Virus record (IMG/VR): IMGVR_UViG_3300025678_000001
Strand: one strand, 5' to 3'
Length of the DNA stretch: 64,000 bases
From: a virus
Lineage: Duplodnaviria > Heunggongvirae > Uroviricota > Caudoviricetes
This document shows, piece after piece, positions 37,933 to 47,238 of the stretch (the first letter of the stretch is position 1; every line of letters begins with the position of its first letter). The translations under genes were made by a program, and so were the position numbers. The notes below the pieces were generated by a model, which saw only the letters and a list, made by a program, of their open reading frames with translations, searched no databases and had not been told where the DNA came from.

Positions 37933-38326
37933 TGGGATTAAGTTTTAAAAGTCGATCCGGATCAAATCCCCTGGTGGCAAATGCCTTGAACGTCTCAGCG
38001 TACTTGGGGGTCTCAGTTCTCTGAGGCATACCGTAGGTCTCCCCAGCCTGTACACAGAGAGCTGCTATCTTTCGTAGAAACTCCATGGTATACTGGTGTG
38101 GTACCGATCCCTTATACCATGCCTCTAATGCTTTGTTCAGGTTATACTGAATTGCAGTGATGGTATCTCCAACATGCAGGTCCTGGATCATATCCGGCCT
38201 GGTCGGGTCAGCTATCATCTTTTCCTGGAAGTCACGCTCGGTGTCAATCACCTTATAGACTTCTTCTCTGGTCATAACGGTCGGTTTTTGGTAGACCGGT
38301 TCAAGATCCTGATAGGTTGTATTCAT
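37925..38326 (-). CDS. hypothetical protein
   Basis: 133-aa ORF, last minus-strand gene before the divergent control region. Confidence 0.5.
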   Translation of the reverse strand: MNTTYQDLEPVYQKPTVMTREEVYKVIDTERDFQEKMIADPTRPDMIQDLHVGDTITAIQYNLNKALEAWYKGSVPHQYTMEFLRKIAALCVQAGETYGMPQRTETPKYAETFKAFATRGFDPDRLLKLNPNE

Positions 38327-38458
38327 AACTAAGCTGTTTTAAAAGTGAGGGGGCTTTTACACCCCCTTGGGCTAAGGCAGGTCTGTCAAGTTTCATGAGT
38401 TCTCTACAAATATAAGAAACCAGACTCCAGTTCTCCAAATATTTCTACAAGTTTCCTT

Positions 38459-38529
38459 GAGCTCATTTTTGAGCCCTAGAACATAGTAATAAGGAATACA
38501 TGGTATGTTATAGAGCTCAGATTTGAGCT
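38459..38529. promoter_or_regulatory. two palindromic operators AGCTCA-N4-TGAGC(C/T) in the divergent intergenic region
   Basis: AGCTCATTTTTGAGCC at 38459-74 and AGCTCAGATTTGAGCT at 38514-29. Confidence 0.4.
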
Positions 38530-38544
38530 CAAGGAAAGTTGGAC

Positions 38545-38640
38545 CCAGTTCTCCAAGATACCCCCCGGTACTATCGTAGTTTTACGATACCCCCCCCCGG
38601 GTAGTTTTACTAACCTCGGGTACCGGTATGGTTTGTAGGA
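38545..38640. repeat. C-tract direct repeats (GATACCCCCC(C)GG(G)TA...GTAGTTTTAC x2; C6, C9, C5-6 tracts)
   Basis: seen in the divergent intergenic region between the minus- and plus-strand gene blocks. Confidence 0.4.
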
Positions 38641-38736
38641 GAGGATGGGGGTACCTCTCCCTGATCAACCCCCGCCACCCTCCAAAGAACTCCGTACCCC
38701 CCTCAAATCCAGTGTTAACTTTTAAAAAAACTCTAT

Positions 38737-38973
38737 ATGGAGAAGAATCAAACACCGCTGAACAGCATCGCGCTGACTACCTTCAAACAACTGAACGGTA
38801 TTGACAAGATTTCCGTAAACAAGGGTGACGGACGCATGTTTGCGGACACCGTTGCGGGACGCCTCTACTTCGCGGAGAAGGTGGACCTGAATAAACCCCT
38901 GTTCGTGGCCAAGGGTCAGTACGACAGTTACTGGGTATTCAACCAGAACGTGAAACAGGTGGCAGAGCTTTAA
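38737..38973 (+). CDS. hypothetical protein (first plus-strand gene)
   Basis: 78-aa ORF downstream of the divergent intergenic region. Confidence 0.4.
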   Translation: MEKNQTPLNSIALTTFKQLNGIDKISVNKGDGRMFADTVAGRLYFAEKVDLNKPLFVAKGQYDSYWVFNQNVKQVAEL

Positions 38974-40281
38974 GCTCTCCCTGTTCACGCAGTACAAAGA
39001 GAGCCGTGGCTTTACGTTACGGTTCTCTTCTACATCTCAAGTCCACCATTCTTTTCACCATTTAACGTTACTGTTCTATGAAACACGTACGAACACTCCG
39101 CTTTCAGTGTTACCAGCTCTTTGTATCCTGGTACACTAAGATCAGCCAAAGGTTTCACGACCTCAGACTCTGCAACATCAAGACACGTTGGCAGGACCAT
39201 TGTGTTGTTGTAGTGGTAACTTACTGAGTTTTCCTCTGTAAGATGCTGATTACGAACTGATTGTGGGTGTATGACTGAGTGATAGTTATACACCCACTTC
39301 TTTCCTCATACTCTTCATCCACAGTCAACCTGAATACGGTCGGGCGTGGATCAAATAGCTATAGGCACGGGTGTTCCCTGCCGTATGCAAAACACAACAA
39401 ACCCAAGTGGCACAGGGGGTAACTCTCTGCAGGGAGATATAGTAGATGTCTGTAACAAGCTCTATGGTCACACTAGGCATATTGGTAATTATTCTTGGTA
39501 AGCCGGTATATGCCACCGGCTCCAAAAAAACGCTAGAGACCAACGCCGGCACAGTGGACTGGACTACTGGAGGGGATGTGAAGAACCAGATATTAGCTGA
39601 CTCCCTGACGTGCTGGTGTTGTTATCTCTACTACACAACTACTGTCTCTTATGTATCAATGCGTCACAACCTGGTTCCCAAGGCTAGGCAGTTGTAATAG
39701 GCTCAAGACTTTTAAGTCTGTAAGTAGTGGAAACAGTTAGGTTCAAATCCTACATATTACAACTGAACGCAGAGGGATATGATACCTGATTTCTCCACCG
39801 TTCTAAAACCTACGCTATATGCCACAGGATCCTTCATTACCGTTTACTATCATTTCAATGTATCCGTCTGTTGAACACCCTGGTAAGGTGGCTGTCCTTG
39901 TACAGTACAAAGATGGTATACAGAAAGTCTTATACCTGACCGACAAGCCTGTCTATGGTATTCAGGTAGAACAATAAAACCGACCCGGATATGAAACTTG
40001 AGACAAAGAGAAAGCTGTTATTCAGGCTCACTGAAGCCTGGCAGCAGTCCTTCCCGGGACAGTATGGTTACTTCCGGGTGTTTACGCGTCCACCGATTAG
40101 GTATTCTCCACGATACAGGGGAGTAAGGGACACTAAACGCAGAGTTACCGTACAGATCGTACACAGGATGGACACAACAGATAATGCTGTGTACCAGAGC
40201 CTGAAACAATTCACCAAACCTTTTAATCAGGACTTCCCACACCTGCACTGGCAGTGGTGGTAGTCTGCAAATCAACCCGTT

Positions 40282-40503
40282 ATGAAATACTTCACTCTCA
40301 TCTACGGTATTGTGGTATTCCTTCTGGCCACTGTTCTTCTGATCATGGTACCTCAGCGTGTACCTCATATGAACGCAGGTCAGTGGACCATGCTTCTTAT
40401 GATCTGTATACTGGGATACTTCTCAGCCGGCCTGTGTTTCTGGGTGTATACCCAGACCAGGAAAGATCCGGTCATGGAAGACTATGCCAGACTGGGTCAT
40501 TGA
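40282..40503 (+). CDS. small membrane protein (hypothetical)
   Basis: 73-aa ORF with two hydrophobic helices. Confidence 0.3.
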   Translation: MKYFTLIYGIVVFLLATVLLIMVPQRVPHMNAGQWTMLLMICILGYFSAGLCFWVYTQTRKDPVMEDYARLGH

Positions 40504-41078
40504 TCGTCTTTCCCAATGCACATATTCTCATGTGGTAACATGTCGTACGGCAACGACTATAACAAGTAATAAGGAGTAAGTCACCTCAGATAACATCTCC
40601 TACGACGTGAAGCCACACTGATTAACCTGTTATAGAAACAGGCTACTGTATATGTAATGCAGTGAAATAAAGTAATCAGTCTCTTCAAGAGATGAGAAAA
40701 CAGTTGTAATAAGCTAATACAGGCTGAATAGAGTAAACGTGAAACCTTACGTTACAACTGTTTGTGCAAAGGGATCTCGGCAAGGTGGTGTTAAGCCTTG
40801 TGCGTTCAGTGTGGTATATCCATACTGAGGTCACCAGATCTTATTGTTATGTGGGTATTTAACCTTAAGAAATACCAGTTTGACCATATCGCATCTACCA
40901 TGAGAAAACATGGTCGTGGTTATGAATGGCATACTGGTGATTACACTGCTATCAAGCTTAAGATAGAAGATTGGAAAGAGTTCTTTCCACACTATCTCAA
41001 CTCCTCTGTGGGAGTATAAACCGTGTTAAGCACAGAGCGTTCACATAGTTAAAGTATACACTTTAAGGCTAAGCTGTA

Positions 41079-41324
41079 TTGTTTAAACCAGCCCAACTAT
41101 GTGGGATCACCAAATCTTTTTTTATGTATAAGCTCCTTCAATATCACATGATACCCAATCCTGAGTATCTGTTCGGACACGCAGAAATAGCTGGTATGCT
41201 GGCCAACAACGATGAAAAGGTAAACACCTGGACTAAATATGTTCTGGAGTGTCAGCGTAGGGGTATTATATACTACAGTGAGGAATGTTACAACCAGTTT
41301 ATGATCGACTGTAACCGTCTTTAA
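41079..41324 (+). CDS. hypothetical protein
   Basis: 81-aa ORF. Confidence 0.3.
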   Translation: MFKPAQLCGITKSFFMYKLLQYHMIPNPEYLFGHAEIAGMLANNDEKVNTWTKYVLECQRRGIIYYSEECYNQFMIDCNRL

Positions 41325-41531
41325 GATATCCTTCTCTTTAGTGGTACGAGAGAGGTGCTGGGAACAGCCTTAGGTATCGTATATAAATACGCGGACCGGT
41401 TTGACTGGTCTGAATAATCGTATATGGTATGGCCACACCAATGTCGGTTGGTAAATCTATATTAGGAAAACATGGGAGACTTGGTTCGACGGCTGGGTCT
41501 CCCTACTTTTTAACTCACCCAAACTCACTAT

Positions 41532-41765
41532 ATGAAAGTCTTCATCATCTTTCTTTTGTCTTGTATGCTCTTGGCATGCAAGGAACATAGTAAACGTCAA
41601 GTACTGTTTCGTGCCAAACAAGTCTGGTCAGATCACATGGGTACAAAAAGAGTGTCTCAGGATGTTTATATCGTGTGGTTTGACAGTGCATACCATGTAG
41701 GAGATACTGTGGATGCTGGTCCATGGAATACTTTCAGTTACATACTCTTGGAACGCGTCCGATAA
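41532..41765 (+). CDS. small lipoprotein
   Basis: signal peptide with lipobox MKVFIIFLLSCMLLAC. Confidence 0.45.
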   Translation: MKVFIIFLLSCMLLACKEHSKRQVLFRAKQVWSDHMGTKRVSQDVYIVWFDSAYHVGDTVDAGPWNTFSYILLERVR

Positions 41766-41831
41766 CCACGCTCCTTCTTTTTTTTCTTTTTTCCCACGTC
41801 CTAAACCTGATAACTCACCTAAAACAAGTTT

Positions 41832-42092
41832 ATGATCGACTTCCAAATCCCGGATCTTACACTGGATATGTGTAAGGCCGGCCGTGTTTCCGAACACCAG
41901 TACTATCCCAGACATGTCATCGAACTCCTGGTTGACCAGGAAGGCTACAAACACTGTGGCTGGCTTAATGATGGAATTTTTCCTCCGGCTCTTGATGACT
42001 GGATGGAGGTATACCGTAACTACACCGGCTCCTATACGATCATGGTATCCCATGGTTCTAAGATGCTCTACTGCGTAGACATGGGAGACTAA
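41832..42092 (+). CDS. hypothetical protein
   Basis: 86-aa ORF followed by a terminator hairpin. Confidence 0.35.
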   Translation: MIDFQIPDLTLDMCKAGRVSEHQYYPRHVIELLVDQEGYKHCGWLNDGIFPPALDDWMEVYRNYTGSYTIMVSHGSKMLYCVDMGD

Positions 42093-42099
42093 AATAAAT

Positions 42100-42146
42100 G
42101 GTGAGCTGGGGTCCGCGAGGGCTCTGGCTCACTTAACTTTTTTGTT
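42100..42146 (+). terminator. rho-independent terminator
   Basis: GGTGAGC...GCTCAC hairpin then TTAACTTTTTTGTT. Confidence 0.5.
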
Positions 42147-42172
42147 CACACCCTAAACCAAATAACACCAGA

Positions 42173-42607
42173 ATGAAAAAGCTTTTGCTTATGGTGTCTA
42201 TACTGTCATGTCTGGCGGTATCAGCCCAAACCACTTTAACAGTGGAGAGTTACAGGAACCTCTACTCTGTCTTTAATGAAGACGATAAAACCTGGTACAA
42301 TGTGGAAGACAACTCGGACAATATCGAGATTGTATTATCCAGTGTTACAAACACACTTGCTGTACATGCAAAGAAAGAACTTCTCTTTCATTACTACGGT
42401 GAGTCCAAAAAGATCTCCAGTCCACTGGATGATGATGCCGGCTATGACGGCATAGAACGTGGCGTATACTGGTATGCAAACGGATACAAGTTCACCGGTG
42501 ATCTTCGGGTCATTACGTACAGAAAAGACAAGGCCCACCGGATAGATATATTCTTCCGAAATGCCGCAGATATATACTCTGTATACAGTTACTGGTTCCG
42601 AATGTAA
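42173..42607 (+). CDS. secreted protein (signal peptide)
   Basis: MKKLLLMVSILSCLAVSAQ signal peptide; 144 aa. Confidence 0.5.
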   Translation: MKKLLLMVSILSCLAVSAQTTLTVESYRNLYSVFNEDDKTWYNVEDNSDNIEIVLSSVTNTLAVHAKKELLFHYYGESKKISSPLDDDAGYDGIERGVYWYANGYKFTGDLRVITYRKDKAHRIDIFFRNAADIYSVYSYWFRM

Positions 42608-42661
42608 CCTCAACTCTTTCAAACACAAGTAAATCACCTCAACCTTAAAAACGTAAACAAA

Positions 42662-43246
42662 ATGCGTAAACTTTCATTGTTCTTTGTACTGATTACAGTT
42701 ACACTGACATCGTTCTCACAGAACGTCGCCTTCAACCCTTTCTATTCTTCTCAGAAATCCAACATGCTTGGAGCTGATGTATACAATGCATCCAACTCTG
42801 GTCTGATCCTGGGAGCTGGTTTCTCTTTTGCCCTGCGTACCTATAACGGTACCAGTAAGATCTATGAAGAGAATATCCACATCCTGCAGGATTATCCCAT
42901 GAGCAGCAAAGATGTGATCTCTGAGTTCTCTTACTACACCAAACAGGTACACGGTATCGTGGGTTACCAGTTCGGTACTGTATCCGTGGCTACTGAATGG
43001 GGTATTGCCTGGAGACTGAAATACTGGGCATGTAACAGTCATCTGTCCGGTAATACAGTCATGCTCCCCAACTCCAATCCTTCGGGTGCATACTTCACCT
43101 ATACCAAGCTTCCTGAAAAGTTCCTGATGGGTGCAACCGTGGCTATTCCTGTAGTTGGAACAACCAGAGTGTACCTGGGATACAATAACGTGGAACAGTT
43201 CAAATTCGGAGTATCTCTGCCGATCACACCGATCTTCAGAATGTAA
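42662..43246 (+). CDS. secreted beta-rich protein, possibly outer membrane
   Basis: MRKLSLFFVLITVTLTSFSQ signal peptide; alternating hydrophobic beta-strand pattern. Confidence 0.5.
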   Translation: MRKLSLFFVLITVTLTSFSQNVAFNPFYSSQKSNMLGADVYNASNSGLILGAGFSFALRTYNGTSKIYEENIHILQDYPMSSKDVISEFSYYTKQVHGIVGYQFGTVSVATEWGIAWRLKYWACNSHLSGNTVMLPNSNPSGAYFTYTKLPEKFLMGATVAIPVVGTTRVYLGYNNVEQFKFGVSLPITPIFRM

Positions 43247-43272
43247 TTATCTGATTTCAAATCACCATCTGT

Positions 43273-43533
43273 ATGAGAGTCTTTAAATCTATACCGTTTT
43301 GGTCCTGGGTAAGCTTTTGCTTATGCATAAGTACATTCTGGACCTGGGTGTTCTACCGTCTGCACCCTGCATTATGGGTGCCTACAGTTATTTCTTTACT
43401 TATGACGCTGATACTTTTCAGAAAAGACAGTCTGGAAAACCAGCGTATTGATAAGAAGTATACTGATCCACCCAGAAAATGTGGACTCATCAAGGACAAA
43501 GACGATGGGATCTACTGGGACTACAAGAACTGA
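43273..43533 (+). CDS. small membrane protein
   Basis: 86-aa ORF with two TM helices. Confidence 0.4.
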   Translation: MRVFKSIPFWSWVSFCLCISTFWTWVFYRLHPALWVPTVISLLMTLILFRKDSLENQRIDKKYTDPPRKCGLIKDKDDGIYWDYKN

Positions 43534-43716
43534 CACGTTAGGTACCATGGTACTTAGTACGGTCGAATGACATATCTACAACAGGCAGCCGCATCTCCGC
43601 CTCTGGGCCGTGTACGGCTGTTTTCTATCTTCTTTTTCTGGTGAACCTGGTCTCGAAAGGGGCTGGGTTCACCTTGTTATCACTGTAAGAATCAGTGACA
43701 AAGAGGATAATATAGT

Positions 43717-43920
43717 ATGGCAGCTAAAAAAGCTCAACTCATCATCGTTGGGATGTTGAAGCCACTGGGTAACTTAAGTAACTCCTGGGTACGGTGTACA
43801 TACTGGTCAACAACTATATTTATTTTCTTGGGGCTTATATCCTTGATTATCCTTGTCTGGACAGTAAAGGCAGGTGTGTACTACTTAAAGAGATTGGTAA
43901 TCAAGGTAATTAGTGCGTAA
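43717..43920 (+). CDS. small membrane protein
   Basis: 67-aa ORF with a TM helix. Confidence 0.35.
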   Translation: MAAKKAQLIIVGMLKPLGNLSNSWVRCTYWSTTIFIFLGLISLIILVWTVKAGVYYLKRLVIKVISA

Positions 43921-43938
43921 CATTAAAAACACTACACC

Positions 43939-44262
43939 ATGAAAGGACTAACAAAAAGAGTACGCCATGTACACTATAAAAGAATGTTGGAGTACTTTGA
44001 GAAACACATTGAACAAAAAAAGAAGTCTGTGTTTGGTATCCACTGTATGGGTCTTTGCAGGCTTGTATACCTTTCACTACGTCCTCTGTACAAGTGGGAG
44101 TCGGACGTTCCTTTTCTGGAGCACTATCCAGAACTTATGGCAAAAAGACCAAAAAGGTATTATGGACCTTTTTGGTGGGATACCAGGATCAAAGATGGAG
44201 GACATCTCAAACGTATTCGTGCACTTAAAAAGTGCATAGAGGAAACCAAACGAACCTCATAA
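43939..44262 (+). CDS. hypothetical basic protein
   Basis: 107-aa ORF. Confidence 0.4.
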   Translation: MKGLTKRVRHVHYKRMLEYFEKHIEQKKKSVFGIHCMGLCRLVYLSLRPLYKWESDVPFLEHYPELMAKRPKRYYGPFWWDTRIKDGGHLKRIRALKKCIEETKRTS

Positions 44263-44324
44263 CTCACAGCTAACTGACCAGGATATCTTCCTGGTTTTTT
44301 AATACACCCACAAACCATCCAAAA

Positions 44325-44699
44325 ATGGAAAAACTTTTTATCGACCTTAACGAAGGTTACATTCATCTTACACTCGGTATCTCTGAAGAACGTGCCCGTG
44401 AGCTTGGAAAAGCTGTGGCAGAAACAGTTAAAAATGCTCGTCAAAACGGCATCATCACAGATGTTGAGAAAGACGGTCAAAAAGGCGTTAAGATCAGCGG
44501 TCCGCGTCTGTTGGAAATCCTGCTGAATGATGTGGCTCAAACTGAACCGGAACGGATCATGTTGATGTCCAAGTTTGAAAGTATGATAAAAGATCTCAGA
44601 TCTAGCATGGATGATACTTTTGAACAGCTTAAAGATCTGCTGAAACAGATGAAAGAAGCTCAATCTGCTGGTTCGGATGAGTCTACTACTCAGCTGTAA
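44325..44699 (+). CDS. hypothetical protein, paralog A of a tandem pair
   Basis: 124 aa; clear similarity to the next ORF (ISEERARELGK vs ITDERAEKLGK; LLNDVAQTEPERI vs LLNEVAQTTAEQI). Confidence 0.55.
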   Translation: MEKLFIDLNEGYIHLTLGISEERARELGKAVAETVKNARQNGIITDVEKDGQKGVKISGPRLLEILLNDVAQTEPERIMLMSKFESMIKDLRSSMDDTFEQLKDLLKQMKEAQSAGSDESTTQL

Positions 44700-44782
44700 A
44701 AACACTCACACCCTGTTACTCATGTGACAGGGTGTTTCTTAAGTACACAACTATTCCTCATACACCCTAAAACCATCCAAGT

Positions 44783-45115
44783 ATGGAAAAGATTAACATC
44801 GTCCACGGACCTGACTATCTGCATCTGAACTTCGGTATCACCGACGAACGTGCTGAAAAACTGGGCAAGATCGTCTTTGACGAGATCATAGCCAAAGCTG
44901 TCGAGAGAGGCATCATTGCCACCTACAAAGACGAGAACACAGGAGACGAAGGTCTTACTGTTATTGGTAGCAAACTGGCTGAAGCTCTGCTCAATGAGGT
45001 TGCTCAGACAACTGCTGAACAGATCTTTCTGTTCGTAAGGTTCGATGACCTCCTGAACAACCTGGGCGCGAAGATCATGGTCATGCAGCAAGAAGCTGAT
45101 GAACAGGTCGAGTAA
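44783..45115 (+). CDS. hypothetical protein, paralog B of a tandem pair
   Basis: 110 aa; paralog of 44325-44699; conserved upstream ACACCC-AAACCATCCAA-ATGGAAAA and downstream CCTGTTAC hairpin. Confidence 0.55.
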   Translation: MEKINIVHGPDYLHLNFGITDERAEKLGKIVFDEIIAKAVERGIIATYKDENTGDEGLTVIGSKLAEALLNEVAQTTAEQIFLFVRFDDLLNNLGAKIMVMQQEADEQVE

Positions 45116-45144
45116 CTCAAATCATCCTGTTACATACCTCTAAA

Positions 45145-45450
45145 GTGTGTAACAGGATCTTTAACTCACCAAAAAACATTGTTATGAACGCTAAACATCT
45201 GCAAGGTTTGCTGGTTCTGGTAGCATCAGCTACACCCAGAGAAAAACTTCTGGAAGATCTGGAAGAAGCCTGCAAAGAGGCGCGACTGCGGCCTGATAAC
45301 AAAGAAGCCCAGGCTCTTGTTGCTTTTCATGCTCAACTCATTCTGATCAACATCGGTACGGACGGTAAGTTTGAGAAAGCAGCACAAATGCTGGAACGCA
45401 TGGATCATATCGACAAGATGAGTGAACTGGTCAAACCTGCTGACAACTAA
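45145..45450 (+). CDS. hypothetical protein
   Basis: 101-aa ORF (may start at the Met at 45184). Confidence 0.4.
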   Translation: MCNRIFNSPKNIVMNAKHLQGLLVLVASATPREKLLEDLEEACKEARLRPDNKEAQALVAFHAQLILINIGTDGKFEKAAQMLERMDHIDKMSELVKPADN

Positions 45451-45625
45451 GACATTTCTTATATGGATGGTTGCCCTGGAGACAATGTTCAAAGGGGCAG
45501 CCATTCTTTCTTTACTGAACAACTAAGTTGTATGCCGTAAAGCATGCAGACCCTGAGCAGTAGTATAAACGGCCCTGATACCTGGTACTGGGGCCACTTT
45601 TTTATAGTGTAAAATCGTCCTCAAC

Positions 45626-45850
45626 ATGAAAAAACTTCTTTTACTACTTGGTTTCCATAGTACTAATGAAGTAGAGGCCCCTACTCCTCGTTCTGAAGTT
45701 GTTGAACGCCCCTTTGATGCAAAAGACTATGCATTGTGGTGTAAGCAGTTTAACGTATCCAGGATGAGTAACCGTAACGGTCAGTTCACTGTTCGGATTG
45801 GAGAAACTGAAAAGGTTGTAGAACTTGACAGCAACCTCAACATTTCTTAA
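45626..45850 (+). CDS. hypothetical protein
   Basis: 74-aa ORF. Confidence 0.4.
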   Translation: MKKLLLLLGFHSTNEVEAPTPRSEVVERPFDAKDYALWCKQFNVSRMSNRNGQFTVRIGETEKVVELDSNLNIS

Positions 45851-45870
45851 CTTTACTTTTTTGTAGAACT

Positions 45871-46434
45871 ATGGTATTCCAAAACATCAAGCTTAACCAT
45901 GAAGTAGATGACTTCAAGGAAGCACTCGGCCTTACAAAAAGTCTGATGAATGTCTGCAGGGAAAGGATCTTCTTCTCCCACTTTGCCAACAACTTGATGG
46001 CCATTGAGTTATATGACTCAAAGGATGCAGCACCTAATGACCTGACCACCATATCTGGTGACCTTCAGCGTTGTCTGAAGATGATAACAGATCCTCTGGA
46101 GTATGAAGCTACACTTCTGTTCTTTTCACACTACCACGAGATAGCAATCCATGCTTTCAAGTATTGGAAGCTTGAGCATGCAAAAGATTTGACTGTAGAA
46201 CAGAAACTCAAACTCTCCATTCTGAAGCTGACTTTAGAAGCAGCCAAGAAGAAGGTAGAGCGTGAGAACAAAGAAAACGTCCTTTTACTCAGCGACCTGG
46301 TACAACGCATAGATGTAGTAGTTAAATCTAACTATAACTTCAGTAAGTACATGAAAATCATAGGCATTCCCTATGACGATGGTACTTCCCAGGTGGACGA
46401 CATGCTGAAAGACCTCTTTAAAGATGGTGACTAA
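45871..46434 (+). CDS. hypothetical protein
   Basis: 187-aa ORF; TTGTAGAACT motif abuts its ATG (leaderless?). Confidence 0.5.
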   Translation: MVFQNIKLNHEVDDFKEALGLTKSLMNVCRERIFFSHFANNLMAIELYDSKDAAPNDLTTISGDLQRCLKMITDPLEYEATLLFFSHYHEIAIHAFKYWKLEHAKDLTVEQKLKLSILKLTLEAAKKKVERENKENVLLLSDLVQRIDVVVKSNYNFSKYMKIIGIPYDDGTSQVDDMLKDLFKDGD

Positions 46435-46453
46435 GTTACCAGTCCAAACTTTT

Positions 46454-46524
46454 TTTGTTTACACTTTGTAGAACTAAGAAAAACGTCTACATTTGTTCTA
46501 CATCTTTAAAGTTTACATGTTACA
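46454..46524 (+). promoter_or_regulatory. iteron-like cluster of GTT(C)TACA repeats with a TTGTAGAAC box upstream of the wHTH gene
   Basis: GTTTACA, TTGTAGAAC, GTCTACA, GTTCTACA, GTTTACA, GTTACA within 70 bp. Confidence 0.35.
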
Positions 46525-46808
46525 TGAAAAAGAATCCCCGGTTGTCCGGTGGGTTTGGAATGGTATCCAAGACAGTAATGTCAGATCCAGAACTCTCCAT
46601 GAGAGAGAAGGGTCTGTATGCTTACCTGGCTACATATGCTGATAGTGTAACAAACGAGCTGACAGTAAGTGTAAACAGGATGTGTGCTGAGCTTGGTATT
46701 ACCCAGGCCACCGTTAAAAGATCTTTGAGTTTACTTGAGAAGAAAGGTATCATAACCAGAGTTGACAAACGTGCATGCACTGTAAGAACTACAGTGCTTT
46801 TAAAATAA
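46524..46808 (+). CDS. winged-helix DNA-binding protein (replisome-organiser/DnaD-like N-terminal domain?)
   Basis: MKKNPRLSGG...LYAYLATYADSVTNELTVSVNRMCAELGITQATVKRSLSLLEKKGIITRV wHTH pattern; iteron-like GTTCTACA repeats upstream. Confidence 0.5.
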   Translation: MKKNPRLSGGFGMVSKTVMSDPELSMREKGLYAYLATYADSVTNELTVSVNRMCAELGITQATVKRSLSLLEKKGIITRVDKRACTVRTTVLLK

Positions 46809-47238
46809 CTAGGTACCAGGTCGAGGGAATGTTTGCTCACGTAATGGGTAAATCCTTCTATGCATAGGTTTATGCTGTTATTGGAACAGATACCCCTCGA
46901 TCCTAGTACCAAACTTTTTGTTGACTGATCACTAGAGCCATACAAACTCTGTAGAGGGCAGATCGAGCTGGTTCATGTAAAGAAGATGCTAACCTTACAC
47001 TGGCTGTAAGAAGATGCAGATTTCTTGCAGGTAGGTTGAAACACTTGCCACATGTTCAAGTGCTCTCTGTTTGCAGCAGAAGCGGTCTCCTCATAAGAGA
47101 CTTATGTCCTGGAGATAGCCCCAACAAAGCCAAGTCTGATCCTGGTGGGTGTTGCTTTGAAACATGCTCCAAGGGTACGCCGTGCTACAGAGAATGCGTA
47201 GACAACACCACCCAGGATAGACTTAAAAACAGTACAGT

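Larger units (their letters stand above)
44283..45162 (+). repeat. tandem duplication of a ~450-bp unit (upstream box + paralog gene + CCTGTTAC hairpin)
   Basis: conserved ACACCC-AAACCATCCAA-ATGGAAAA leaders, paralogous ORFs, and CACCCTGT...ACAGGGTG / ATCCTGTTACA...TGTAACAGGAT hairpins. Confidence 0.5.
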
